A stretch of DNA of 63,872 nt, filler included, from Octopus bimaculoides (lineage: Eukaryota): the NCBI RefSeq assembly GCF_001194135.2. It is 8 parts of 8 records of this genome, joined end to end, with 100 filler letters (N's around TTAATTAATTAA, not from the genome) between each part and the next. Parts side by side here need not be neighbours in the genome. Positions count along the whole stretch, not along the records: positions 37,452 to 44,691 come from NC_068990.1; positions 44,792 to 49,282 come from NW_026378186.1; positions 49,383 to 52,813 come from NC_068982.1; 5 more parts are not named here. One strand, given 5' to 3'. This document shows positions 38,991 to 50,560 of the stretch, piece after piece; position 1 is the stretch's first letter; every line of letters begins with the position of its first letter. The translations under genes and the position numbers were made by a program. Below the pieces are notes generated by a model that searched no databases, was not told where the DNA came from, and saw nothing but the letters and a program-made list of their open reading frames with translations.

Positions 38991-39947
38991 TTATATATAT
39001 ATATACATATATATATATNNNNNNNNNNNNNNNNNNNNNNNNNNNNNNNNNNNNNNNNNNNNNNNNNNNNNNNNNNNNNNNNNNNNNNNNNNNNNNNNNN
39101 NNNNNNNNNNNNNNNNNNNNNNNNNNNNNNNNNNNNNNNNNNNNNNNNNNNNNNNNNNNNNNNNNNNNNNNNNNNNNNNNNNNNNNNNNNNNNNNNNNNN
39201 NNNNNNNNNNNNNNNNNNNNNNNNNNNNNNNNNNNNNNNNNNNNNNNNNNNNNNNNNNNNNNNNNNNNNNNNNNNNNNNNNNNNNNNNNNNNNNNNNNNN
39301 NNNNNNNNNNNNNNNNNNNNNNNNNNNNNNNNNNNNNNNNNNNNNNNNNNNNNNNNNNNNNNNNNNNNNNNNNNNNNNNNNNNNNNNNNNNNNNNNNNNN
39401 NNNNNNNNNNNNNNNNNNNNNNNNNNNNNNNNNNNNNNNNNNNNNNNNNNNNNNNNNNNNNNNNNNNNNNNNNNNNNNNNNNNNNNNNNNNNNNNNNNNN
39501 NNNNNNNNNNNNNNNNNNNNNNNNNNNNNNNNNNNNNNNNNNNNNNNNNNNNNNNNNNNNNNNNNNNNNNNNNNNNNNNNNNNNNNNNNNNNNNNNNNNN
39601 NNNNNNNNNNNNNNNNNNNNNNNNNNNNNNNNNNNNNNNNNNNNNNNNNNNNNNNNNNNNNNNNNNNNNNNNNNNNNNNNNNNNNNNNNNNNNNNNNNNN
39701 NNNNNNNNNNNNNNNNNNNNNNNNNNNNNNNNNNNNNNNNNNNNNNNNNNNNNNNNNNNNNNNNNNNNNNNNNNNNNNNNNNNNNNNNNNNNNNNNNNNN
39801 NNNNNNNNNNNNNNNNNNNNNNNNNNNNNNNNNNNNNNNNNNNNNNNNNNNNNNNNNNNNNNNNNNNNNNNNNNNNNNNNNNNNNNNNNNNNNNNNNNNN
39901 NNNNNNNNNNNNNNNNNNNNNNNNATATATATATATATATATACACA

Positions 39948-40030
39948 CACAGTGTACCCCCGCAGTTCCGGTATTTCGCGGAACTAATAATTGTTCGCGG
40001 AAACCACTGCATATTCGCGGAATCGGACGC
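39948..40030 (+). mobile_element. Possible pogo/Tigger-type terminal fragment
   Basis: CAGTGTACCCCCGC...ttcgcgg repeats resemble pogo-type TIRs; short. Confidence 0.35.
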
Positions 40031-40077
40031 GATATTTTATGTTCTTTCGTGGCAATATATATTTTTTCACACTTAAG

Positions 40078-40234
40078 GATATTGTAGCTATAACTTATAA
40101 CTGGGACGGCTAAAGTGTTAATCCCTATTATCTTGTTTTTAGCATTGAGTTCTGTTTTTAGTATTGATCTAACTCGTCTATAGTACTCTTTATTTTTTCT
40201 TTCATTTGTGCGTGTTGTATCCTATCTAGTTCAT
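40078..40234 (-). mobile_element. Second R4-like RT thumb fragment
   Basis: Near-copy of 41278-41450 with several substitutions and a small deletion. Confidence 0.8.
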
Positions 40235-40235
40235 A

Positions 40236-40237
<2 letters not shown>

Positions 40238-40282
<45 letters not shown>

Positions 40283-41580
40283 TTGTTTTATTTTTATAGC
40301 ATGCTTTCACTTCACTACCGAGCGCAGCAATGTGTAACTTGGGTATGTGCTGTGGTTTGCTGTGGTGCTCTTATGGTTACTGTATTGAAAGTGTTTTGCG
40401 TAGGATGTGTGCAGTGCCCAATAGTGCGATTTTCTGCATGTTATATATATTTGTAAGTCCTGATGTTTTTGTTATGTTTTTGTCTGAATATTTTTTTATC
40501 ATACCTAAGGCGCCTACTATGATAGGAATTGTTTCTGTTTTTAGATTCCACATTCGAGTTACCTGTATTTCCAGGTCTTTGTATTTTGAAAGTTTCTCCA
40601 TTTCTTTTAGGGAAACGTTGTCATCTGCTGGAATTGATACATCAATTAGAAAGCATTTTTTTTCTTCATGATCTCTGACAACTATATCTGGCCTATTGGC
40701 CTTAATTTCTCTATCTGTGTGTATTGGCATATCCCAGAGTATGGTTGCTTTCTCGTTTTCTATGACTTTTTCTGGCGTATGTTTATACCATCTATTTTCT
40801 TTTGTTATTCCATAGTGTTAGCATAGCTTCCAGTGTCTGTGAATATATTCCTTCTTAGCCAGGACTGGGCAGCCAGAGATAATATGATTTATTATTTCTT
40901 CTCCATCGCTACATATTCTGCAGTTACTTGTTATGTTTCTTTTCATTATATGTTTTTGGAAAATTTCTGGTGGGGAGGCTTTGATCTTGTGCAGCAATTA
41001 AAAATCCTTCAGTCTCTGCTTTGAGTCCTGAGCTTCTCAACCATTGCTGGGATTATTCTCTGTCTATTTCTTTTGCATTTAGTTTAGCGCAGTATTTGCC
41101 ATAAAGGGGATTTTCTTGCCATCGTTTTATCATGGTCAGTTGCTGTTCTAGTTTTAGCTTGGATTTCATTTGTTTTAAATCTTTTATTGTTTCTTCTTCT
41201 TCTTCTTCTTCTTCTTCTTCTTCTTCTTCTTCTTCTTCTTTTCCTGTCTAATTTCGTTAGTTCGTTTAGTGTCCAGTTAAGGATATTGTAGCTGTAACTT
41301 ATAACTGGGACGGCTAAAGTGTTAATACCTATTATCTTGTTTTTAGCATTGAGCTCTGTTTTTAGTATTGATCTAACTCGTCTATAGTATTCTTTCTTTA
41401 TTTTCTCTTTCATTTGTGTGTGTTGTATCCTATCCAGTTCATTGCTTCCTAAATATATGTATGTCTGGCTTTGGTCTAATTCTCTTATTTCATTGGTTTT
41501 ATCTACTAGTGTGATGTTGCTACTCTTAACTAGTTTTCCTCTTTTCAGGGTTGCTTTGGCACATTTTTCGAAGCCAAATT
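40238..41580 (-). mobile_element. R4/Dong-like RLE LINE, 5'-truncated, (TAA)n at 3' end
   Basis: RT thumb (FGFEKCAKA, YIYLG, KKEYYRRVRSILKTELNAKNK), Zn knuckle remnant (C..EEINHIISGC), RLE domain NRPDIVVRD...LIDVSIP...EKLSKYKDL, stop at 40377, (ATT)n at 40238-40279. Confidence 0.92.
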
Positions 41581-41943
41581 TTACCATTTGGTAAAAATGT
41601 TAAGTCGAATTTGGTAGATCATTTTAGGGAGGTAATTAGTAAGCATTTCCCTGCAAATTCGCGTTACGGTAAAATTATTAATACACATAGTGTTAGGTTT
41701 GGTTTTTCCAATACTAAGAACCTAGAGCAGATTATTGCAGCGCATAATTCTAAAGTTCTTAAGACAGGCATGAATGGAATGAATATGGATGAGGACCCTC
41801 ACTTAGGTAATAATATTATAGGTTCTAAGATTGAGGTAACAGAGATTAATCCCAGGAGGTTAAGGTTTGAGGGTCCAAACGTGAGATTAAAGAATATAGT
41901 GTATCAGTGTAAGGTTAAGAGCGATACAGATGTTAGTGTTTAT
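41572..41943 (+). mobile_element. Penelope-like element, RT thumb/linker region
   Basis: PFGKNVKSNL...ISKHFPANSRYGKIINTHSVRFGFSNTKNLEQIIAAHNSKVL...NIVYQCKV; ends at a gap. Confidence 0.85.
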
Positions 41944-42579
41944 NNNNNNNNNNNNNNNNNNNNNNNNNNNNNNNNNNNNNNNNNNNNNNNNNNNNNNNNN
42001 NNNNNNNNNNNNNNNNNNNNNNNNNNNNNNNNNNNNNNNNNNNNNNNNNNNNNNNNNNNNNNNNNNNNNNNNNNNNNNNNNNNNNNNNNNNNNNNNNNNN
42101 NNNNNNNNNNNNNNNNNNNNNNNGTAACTTGTGCAATCTTGAGTTGTTTCTTATTTTATTTTCAAAGCATAAACTAATTAATAAACTAACGTATAATGGG
42201 TTCAGATGTGTTCACGTTTGCAAACATACTTATTTTTGGTTTAGATAATTTCATTGTTTATTTTCTCCTATAGCTGAATTTTGTTATGATCGGGTATTAG
42301 GGTCTGAGTTTTAGTATTTTTAGTTTTGCTATTGCTCTATTTACTTATACGTACATCCGTTCATATACATGCGCAAATGTATATACATGTGCATGGGTAT
42401 ACGTGGAAATGTGTGTATATATATGTGTATGTATGTGTGTATGTGTATATGTGTATGGGTATGTATGTATATGCATGTGTGTATGTATGTATATGTGTGT
42501 GTGTATATGTATATATATATATGTATGTATGTATGAGTGTATATGTGTGTGTGTGGTGTTTTGTATGTGTGTATGTATG

Positions 42580-42694
<115 letters not shown>

Positions 42695-42867
42695 ATATGT
42701 ATATATGTGTGTATGTATGTATATGTGTGTGTATATATGTATGCATATGTACATGTATATATATGTATATATGTATATATGTATATATGTATATATGTGT
42801 GTATGTGTGTGTATGGTGTTTTGTATGTGTGTATGTATATTTGTTTTTTTTGTGTGTGTGTATGTAT

Positions 42868-43257
42868 ACTCTTTTTTTTACCCTTTTACTTGTTTCAGTC
42901 ATTTGACTGCGGCCATGCTGGAGCACCACCTTTAGTCGAGCAAATCGACCCCAGGACTTATTCTTTTGTAAGCCTAGTACTTATTCTATCGGTCTCTTGT
43001 GCTGAACCGCTAAGTGACGGGGACGTAAACACACCAGCATCGGTTGTCAAGCAATGCTAGCAAACACACACACACACATATATATATATATACATATATA
43101 CGACAGGCTTCTTTCAGTTTCCGTCTACCAAATCCACTCACAAGGCTTTGGTCGGCCCGAGGCTATAGTAGAAGACACTTGCCCAAGGTGCCACACAGTG
43201 GGACTGAACCCGGAACCATGTGGTTGGTAAGCAAGCTACTTACCACACAGCCACTCC
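42868..43257 (-). mobile_element. SINE family A, full length, well preserved
   Basis: Complete head, core, internal microsatellite and tail. Confidence 0.92.
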
Positions 43258-43539
43258 TAATTTTTTATATTTTTATATATATATATGTATGTGGATATGT
43301 GTGTGTGTATGTGTTTATGGCTTGTGAACTTTGTATGTTTGTGTATGCATGCATATGCATGTGAGCGTGCGCGTGTGCGCGCGCATGAACGTGTGTGCGT
43401 GTGTTTACGGGTGCACACGCGGGTGCATACATGTAAGTAATAGCGTTGTTTTTGTAAAATTTTTTCAAAAATTTTTCGGTTTTTGTAATTGTGAAATGTT
43501 TTCGCCATGAATTGTTTGTATTTTTAAACCGAATGTAGT

Positions 43540-44691
43540 TTTCTGCTCAGGCTCAGGAGGGCCAAACGGATGACCGAAACTAGGCAAGTGCCACCAGTGT
43601 TGTAGCCAATGCTGAAGGCTGCAATGGCCATGGTGAATGCAGCCAACGCAGCACCACACCAGGAGACAGGAGAACAGAGAAGGAGACGGTGAACACAAAG
43701 AAACTTCAAGCTCAAGCACGTTATGCAAAGAAAAAGAAACAGATTATCTGTAAATTCTACCTAAATGGTACCTGTTGGCATGGAGGAAAGGGACGAAACT
43801 GAAAATTTGTCCATCCCAAACACCACAAGCTAGATGACCACTCACAACAAAATAAGCGGGAGCGCAGAAAAGGGAGACCAAAAAGCTTAAACCTGCATAC
43901 CCATAATCCATCAAGAACCAACAGGACTCACAAAGAGAGAAGTCCATATATTCCTTCTGCTCTCAACAAAAGGCTGTATGCAGAGGCTGTGCGAACTACA
44001 GCAGCTGAACAGACGATGGATCAGGGATGGCCACCACTAACACCAGGAACCCCTGCACAGATATCACACCCATATTCCTACTGAATATCCGGGGCCTATT
44101 ACGAACAGGCGGCAAAGNNNNNNNNNNCCTACTGAATATCCGGGGCCTATTACGAACAGGCGGCAAAGACAAGTTTCTATACCTGAAAGACCTAGTTACA
44201 TGCAATCAAGCAATATGCATGGTGCTTACCGAAACCTATCTAACATCTAATATAGCAGATGCGGAGATAAACATAGCAGAGTATACCGTACTCCGAACAG
44301 ACAGAAGGGATAGAAGTCATGGGGGAGTTGCAATGTACATCCGAGAAGATGTCACATCCCTACAACTCCCATCACACTCAAACTCTGTCTGTGATACTTT
44401 AATAGTACACATAAAACAAATTGATGTAGTTGTATGCTCAACACACCGTCCACCAAATACCGCAAGGCAGGAGGGTAAATTTGAGGACAGCCTCAGACGC
44501 ATAGAAGAGGTCTTGACAAATCTGGAGCAACACATCAATATAGTTTTCCTAGGCGACTTTAACCTCCCAAATGTTAAATGGCCTGAAGGTCACATCCTCT
44601 CTGGGATGTCACTGCATGAACAAAGCCAGGCAAAATCTTTGTTAGAATTCTCCAACATGCTGTTCATGGAACAAGTGATACTCCAACCAAC
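43540..44691 (+). mobile_element. CR1-like LINE 5' part: ORF1 CCCH finger remnant + open APE domain
   Basis: ICKFYLNGTCWHG; APE LTETYL, RTDRRDRSHGGVAMY, HRPP, LGDFNLP open from ~44128 to the block end; same family as 24640-27530. Confidence 0.9.
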
Positions 44692-45050
44692 NNNNNNNNN
44701 NNNNNNNNNNNNNNNNNNNNNNNNNNNNNNNNNNNTTAATTAATTAANNNNNNNNNNNNNNNNNNNNNNNNNNNNNNNNNNNNNNNNNNNNGCAAAGCAA
44801 ATTAAATAAAATTTGGGATTTTTTTGCAGAGGGTGAAAGTGGTAACAAAAAGCAAGACAGTGAGGACAAAACAGTAAAAACAAACGGTGAGGGCTGTTGA
44901 GCCAAGACACTGTGAAGTGGTGAATGCTTGGAAAAACGAGCTTTCAGAAGAGACAGATAAAAGCACGTCTGTCTTTAGGAAGGAAGTGGAAGAAAGAGAG
45001 ATGAGTGTGTGGGTGGGATGTACCTACATATATACATGTGCACACACACA

Positions 45051-45086
<36 letters not shown>

Positions 45087-45326
45087 AATAGGAATTAGCA
45101 ACATGAATGATTAGACAATACACTGACTGGAATATGTGGAAAATATAAAAGAGGAAAAATGATATTAATCTAAAAAAAATGTAGTATGTAATTGTATCAA
45201 TGGAAGGATGTATTCTTATAATCATCAGTTTATATTGCTATTATTATTGAGCATTATGTAACCTACATTTATTATGTCACCATGACTATGTAATTATGTT
45301 ATTGTCATTAAACAAATGTCACCAAC

Positions 45327-45401
45327 CTTATTTTGGTTTTGGGCCAGAGAGCAACAAGAGCTGCTCGATCCCAAATAGCATTAAACTGTCCTTCAAAATC
45401 C
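45327..45401 (-). CDS. TPMT: TPMT coding exon (75 nt), WDR motif
   Basis: Polypyrimidine tract + atcacag| acceptor and |gttggt donor. Translates DFEGQFNAIWDRAALVALWPKTKI(R) versus human [24 protein letters not shown]. Human exon is also 75 nt (recalled). Confidence 0.93.
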
Positions 45402-46029
45402 CTGTGATTTGGCAGAAAAGAAAAAGAAGAAAAATTAATTGCAAAATTTATTACAATTGGTTGAAATGTAAAGCACTTCTAATTATATTCTGGAAGAAAA
45501 GAAATAACGTATTTTTACTTCCTTTATTTTAGTTCAGTTAAAGGAAGGCCTAGAAGGAATTACTGCAAGTGAAATAAATGTCAGAGATGCTTTGCCCCCC
45601 ATGCAGAAACTAGGAGCTACTTAAAAATAATTCAAGCTATTTTCCTCGTGGTGCCTGAAGCCATGATAATGTTGGAAATCCTTCTGTATCTTCAGCAGAT
45701 ATTTCAGAGTCACAAACATTTTGCCCCTAAACCTCATCACATGAATGGGGCAGTAAGGACTGAAGTAGCCTTTGTCAGAAAAAAGATTCCATCTGGGGTA
45801 CCTTATTAACCACCACCACTTTGAGATGACTTCAATTGCCATAGTGATCATCTTGTCTTTTTGGAGACTTTCTTCAAACTAACACACAGAGACCTAAAGA
45901 CAGTCTTCTACAACATGACTATTAATGATAATTCACAATCATTGTAAATTAAAAAAGAATGCAAAAACAGTCACATTCATTAATAAAATAACATCTGATT
46001 ATATTTTCTCAAAATTTAAATTGGTAAAT

Positions 46030-46180
46030 TAATAATAACTGTCGTCATTGTCCATTTTTCTCTGCTTGGAACAGGTGATGGTTGGAAACAGGAAGGGTAT
46101 CAACCTATAGGAAATCTGCCTCAATAAATTCTGACCCATTCAAGCATGGGAAAGTGGTTGGTAAATTATGATGATAATGT
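46030..46180 (+). mobile_element. Degenerate RTE 3' end
   Basis: ggttggaaacaggaagggtatc...caagcatgggaaagtgg...atgatgat resembles 19675-19918. Confidence 0.7.
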
Positions 46181-46683
46181 AAGTGAAGATCTTTAATTAC
46201 CAAAATGCATGTAGCTGGCATGGAATAAATGCCATAAAATGCTTTTATTCAGCTTATCAATTTATGAGCAGTTCCTTTCTCACATCTGTCCTAAATCAAC
46301 ACCATTGACATTTCTCCCTGAAGATTTTTTTCTAGGACAGGAGGAAATTGAAATTCTTGGACATGAGAAACAACCACCACAGCCACTACAACATCACCAC
46401 CGATACTGCCTTTCCTATTGCCAATTCTCATCTGTTTCCAAACAAGTTAATATTTCCCCATATCCAGACATCATGTGATCACATGATATACATCACTGGT
46501 TACAATGTGCTCCTCATCATTTTAGCTTTCAAATGATGCCACACCATTGGCTAAGCAAGTAGGCTGATATCCAGATATATTTACACTTAATATTGGAAAT
46601 GAATGACATTGTTTCTTTGACAGTGACACTCATTTACAACTACAACATGATGTCAGTCAGGGAGATACACACACACACAACTG

Positions 46684-46790
46684 GCTTTTTTTAAGCTCTA
46701 GGCTATAGTAGGAGACACTTGCCCAAGATGCACACCGAGGGACTGAACCTGGAACTATGTGGTTGCAAAGCTAGCTACTCAGTCATTCCT
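46684..46790 (-). mobile_element. SINE family A, 5' fragment in TPMT intron
   Basis: gacacttgcccaag...gggactgaacctggaac. Confidence 0.75.
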
Positions 46791-47009
46791 CTGTGTCCAT
46801 GTTCAAATATTGAAAATTTAGTAGAGTTTAAAAAAANNNNNNNNNNTTGTAGGGAAGGTGATAGAGGCTGGATCTGACCAGTCTGAACATAAAACAGAAT
46901 ATTTCAGCCAGATTTGACCAGTTTAAACAATTAAGCATCATGTATGTATAAATGCACTTAAGGTGAGAATGAACTCACAAACACCACCACCACCAAAATG
47001 AATATTTAC

Positions 47010-47139
47010 TGCAAAGAGTTTTCCTGTGTTGTCCTTTAATTCTTCAACAGTATATTCCAAATTCTGGTCTGTAAAAAATTCCTGGAAAGCTTGTTCAGCA
47101 ATGTCAACTCCAACAATATTATGCCCTTTATCTGCTAAT
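47010..47139 (-). CDS. TPMT: TPMT coding exon (130 nt)
   Basis: tttttcag| acceptor and |gtaaat donor; in frame with the 93-nt exon (GG|A = Gly). Translates LADKGHNIVGVDIAEQAFQEFFTDQNLEYTVEELKDNTGKLFA versus human [44 protein letters not shown]. Confidence 0.95.
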
Positions 47140-47169
47140 CTGAAAAATAAACAAATTACACCTATATAT

Positions 47170-47660
47170 ATGCATCATCATCATCAACATCATTTAACAT
47201 CTGCCTATATTTACACACACACACACACCACTGGAGATAATGTTCTGTTGGATCCTTGTAAATTTAGTGGGTGAGGGAAAAACAAGAGCAGGGAAGGAGT
47301 TCCAAAGGGATGTAAGGTTGAGAAAAGGATTGGAAACAGTATTTATTACAGGATGAGAAGTTGCATCTCAATGGGTGATGGCTAAAAAGGGACATCATTT
47401 TTATTAGATGTGGTTCTCATTACTTGGAAGTAGATCAGCTCCCATTAGCAAACCCTTGAACAAGTATTTCAGCATGTGGGTAACTTACACCCTTGACACA
47501 GAGCCACTGTGTCTATGTTGTTACAAGTATTTACAGAATACTAATGCAAAAGATTTCCAGTCAAAGACCTGCCGTTAGTCAATGAAGAAGCTTGAATCCA
47601 TAAGTAATGGCTCTGGAAGCTATCCCATCTTTTAGACGGTGCATAAAACTTGTGGACTAT
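47170..47660 (-). mobile_element. Highly decayed RTE RT remnant in TPMT intron
   Basis: WELIY-like motif and (GAT)n-type tail at 47173. Confidence 0.5.
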
Positions 47661-48005
47661 TTAGTATTAATTAGTAATAGATGTAACTNNNNNNNNNNNN
47701 NNNNNNNNNNNNNNNNNNNNNNNNNNNNNNNNNNNNNNNNNNNNNNNNNNNNNNNNNNNNNNNNNNNNNNNNNNNNNNNNNNNNNNNNNNNNNNNNNNNN
47801 NNNNNNNNNNNNNNNNNNNNNNNNNNNNNNNNNNNNNNNATCAAAAGACTGACATAGATTTCTTCAGTCTTTAGATAGAGCACGTAAGGTCAAGAAACTA
47901 TACAAGTGCTTCCTTGCTGGTTCTTTTTATAAGGTGTTCAAGTAATCTCCAAACTAACTTCAGGATCATGTTACTGAGTCACTGTTATTCAAAGACAATA
48001 CTTAC

Positions 48006-48098
48006 CCTTTCATTTCTACACATTTCCCACAGAGGGGAAATAAAATTTTTATTCCATTTCTTCCATCAATAAATTTGTCCAAATGTTTCTCAAGTGAT
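48006..48098 (-). CDS. TPMT: TPMT coding exon (93 nt), SAM-binding motif I
   Basis: ctttaag| acceptor and |gtaagt donor; phase 2 to phase 2. Translates [30 protein letters not shown](G), matching human [30 protein letters not shown](W). Human exon is also 93 nt (recalled). Confidence 0.93.
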
Positions 48099-48954
48099 CT
48101 TAAAGACAAAGGAAAAGAACAGCAAAAATAAAAAAATTATTTCAATAATATTCAATAAAAACAATAATAATTTTTTTGACAGAGTACCATGCTAGTTATT
48201 TAAAGGGAAAGGTGTAATCAAGAGATTGAACCTCAATATGTTACTGGTACTTGTTTTGTCAGTAATGTGGGCACAAGTAGCAAAGAAATCCTGGCAGAAT
48301 TAGAAACCAAGAACAAGATAGGGAGCCTTTATGAGATCACTCAAACCACTGGTAATAACAGCTAAACCCTTCAGTGGTATCCAGCCTGGGGTTTTGTGGA
48401 TCTCTGCAGCACTACAAATGTAGCAGTATGCGTGTGTGTACATGTGTAAGCATACAAATATGCATGAATAGAGGCTTAGGATTGTATGCCTGTATCGATG
48501 CTTTGCATGAAAAGTATTGAGGTGAGAAAATGTGATGCTTGTTGACATCCCCCAGCTTCATACTGCTGAAGATGCAAGAGGAAATAAACGATAAATCCTT
48601 AACTCAGGGAAACAAGCAAGGCTAAAGGTGATGAAGGGCATCTGATTGTGAGAACAATGACTGCAAAATGTATTTGCTAGCAAGGGAAAGAAAACAGACA
48701 TTAAACAAATAAATTAATTTTCATGCAACTGAGAAACAGTGGATTGACCCCTCTAATTCTTGTTTCCCTTCATCTTCTCCCTACCCCTTTTACATGCCAG
48801 TCCTTCATTTCTGTTACCACTTGGAAGAAAGGGTAAGAGCAAAAGAATGGTAATTAGACTTAGCAAACTCTTCTAAGAAATTTACTATAGGTTAACTCCT
48901 TTGAAACCAGCCCACCAGGGATTGACCCTCATTCTATGATACAAATTTCTCATT

Positions 48955-49130
48955 TTAACCCTTTAACATTTGAAGCGGACATATCTGGCCAAAATGTTCT
49001 ACTTGCTTTATGTTTAAACTGGCCAGATCTGACATCTCACACCTACCCTGAATGTCATTTTGAACATAAACAAATGCATCATTAAAACCTGAAGGTTACA
49101 AGATAATGCAGGATAAATTCAAGACAATCA
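48955..49130 (+). mobile_element. piggyBac-like MITE left end; inverted partial copy at 46849-46916
   Basis: Starts TTAA-CCCTTTAAC; internal ggccagatctg/atctggcc motifs shared with the 46.85-kb copy. Confidence 0.55.
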
Positions 49131-49155
49131 TCATTATCCTCTTCCTTTTCCTCTT

Positions 49156-49282
49156 CATCATCATCATCATTTAGTATCTGCTTTCCATGCTAGCATGGGT
49201 TAGACGGCTTGTTTGAAACTGCTAAACTGGAGAGCTGCACCAGGTTCCAATCTGATTTAGCATGGTTTCTACAGCTGGATGC
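49156..49282 (-). mobile_element. RTE 3' end
   Basis: (CAT)n + ctttccatgctagcatggg...ctacagctggatgc. Confidence 0.85.
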
Positions 49283-49382
49283 NNNNNNNNNNNNNNNNNN
49301 NNNNNNNNNNNNNNNNNNNNNNNNNNTTAATTAATTAANNNNNNNNNNNNNNNNNNNNNNNNNNNNNNNNNNNNNNNNNNNN

Positions 49383-49650
49383 GAAGTATTCCTACGCCCC
49401 GACCCCGTCAGTGTTCCCTGCCCAGAAAATCTTGTACCTGTGTTCTTTGCCTGTGAGAAACCTCGCAGAACCTCCTCTCCATCTTACTTCCTGGATGCAG
49501 CACATATCTACGCGTCTCCGTTCAACCATCTCAACAATTTCACCAGATCTACCTTTCAGCGTGCCGACGTTGAGAGTGCCAATCGTAACAGTATGGGTGT
49601 TGGGGGTGTGGGCCTGTAGCCTGGGAAGGGGAAAAGCAGTGTCGTGTACC
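49383..49650 (-). mobile_element. RTE 5' part (APE N-terminus)
   Basis: IGTLNVGTLKGRSGEIVEMVERRRVDMCCIQEVRWRG...YKIFWAGNTDGVGGVGIL open. Confidence 0.9.
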
Positions 49651-50044
49651 TGAATATATATATATATAAATCCAAGAAAGTTAGGGGTTGTGAATCCAAC
49701 CCACTAAGGGATATCTATCCAATATACTGCTGGAAGAATGCCCAATTATTATTACACTAGCGTTTTTTCATTGCATTACCAAGTGCAATAGATGGGTGTG
49801 GGTAAAAAGATATTTTACAATTAATTTATATAGCAATAAGAAAATGAAGGGAAATAGGTGGTATTCATTAACTTGCAGACATTGTATTGTGTCAATTTAC
49901 TTGTTTATTTGTTTACTAAAGGGACAATAATAACAATATACAAACACATGTGACATATTATGACATGTCATTTTTGTGTACATACAGCTATGATACATGG
50001 CAGTGACACATAAGCTTTGACTGCAGAGGACTTGTGAAAGTTTG

Positions 50045-50333
50045 AAAGAAATGAAGCTAGAATACTCCGCTGGATGGGTAATGTCAGTGTACACTCACAA
50101 CAGAGTGTAAATGATTGGAAAGGAAAACTAGGTATAAAAGGCATCAGATGTTGTGTGCAAGAGAGAAGACTGCACCGGTTTGGTCATGTGATGTGTATGG
50201 ATGAGGACAGCTGTGAAAAGAAGAACCAAGTGATAATTATAAAGAGTCTGGACAGTTCTCAACTCCATGTCAAACTGTCCAACTTATGCCAGTATGGAAA
50301 GTGGACGTTAAATGATGATGATAAAGATGATGA

Positions 50334-50338
<5 letters not shown>
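50045..50338 (+). mobile_element. RTE 3' remnant
   Basis: EARILRWMGNVS...QERRLHRFGHV; tail ggaaagtggacgttaaa(TGA)n. Confidence 0.85.
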
Positions 50339-50373
<35 letters not shown>

Positions 50374-50384
50374 CTCTACAAGAT

Positions 50385-50560
50385 GTTAACTCTCACCTTA
50401 CTGACAGCATTTCTTTACATAGTTAGTATGGATCTCCCAAGCCATTCACCTATCCCTAGCTTTCTCAGTGGTCATCTGATTACAGAGCAGGAAGCTCTTT
50501 CTCCACGTGTTGATGAATGCTAAGTACAGTGGCTTACTATTTTTAGTTAGTTAAGCTTTC
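50385..50560 (-). mobile_element. RTE RT remnant
   Basis: KPLYLAFINT motif homologous to 18030-18060. Confidence 0.65.

Noticed and set aside
40280-40376. SINE tails derived from LINE 3' ends in this window
   Set aside because: I saw no match between SINE A-D tails and the R4, RTE or CR1 3' ends present here.
44088-44170. Duplicated LLNIRGLLRTGGK at the APE start
   Set aside because: Exact overlap across a 10-N gap; artefact.
45621-45880. Open frame inside the TPMT intron
   Set aside because: No recognisable homology or donor; likely chance or a decayed TE.
46279-46332. Splice-flanked segment as the missing TPMT exon
   Set aside because: Stop codon in phase 0; the only open frame is phase 2 to 2, with no TPMT similarity.
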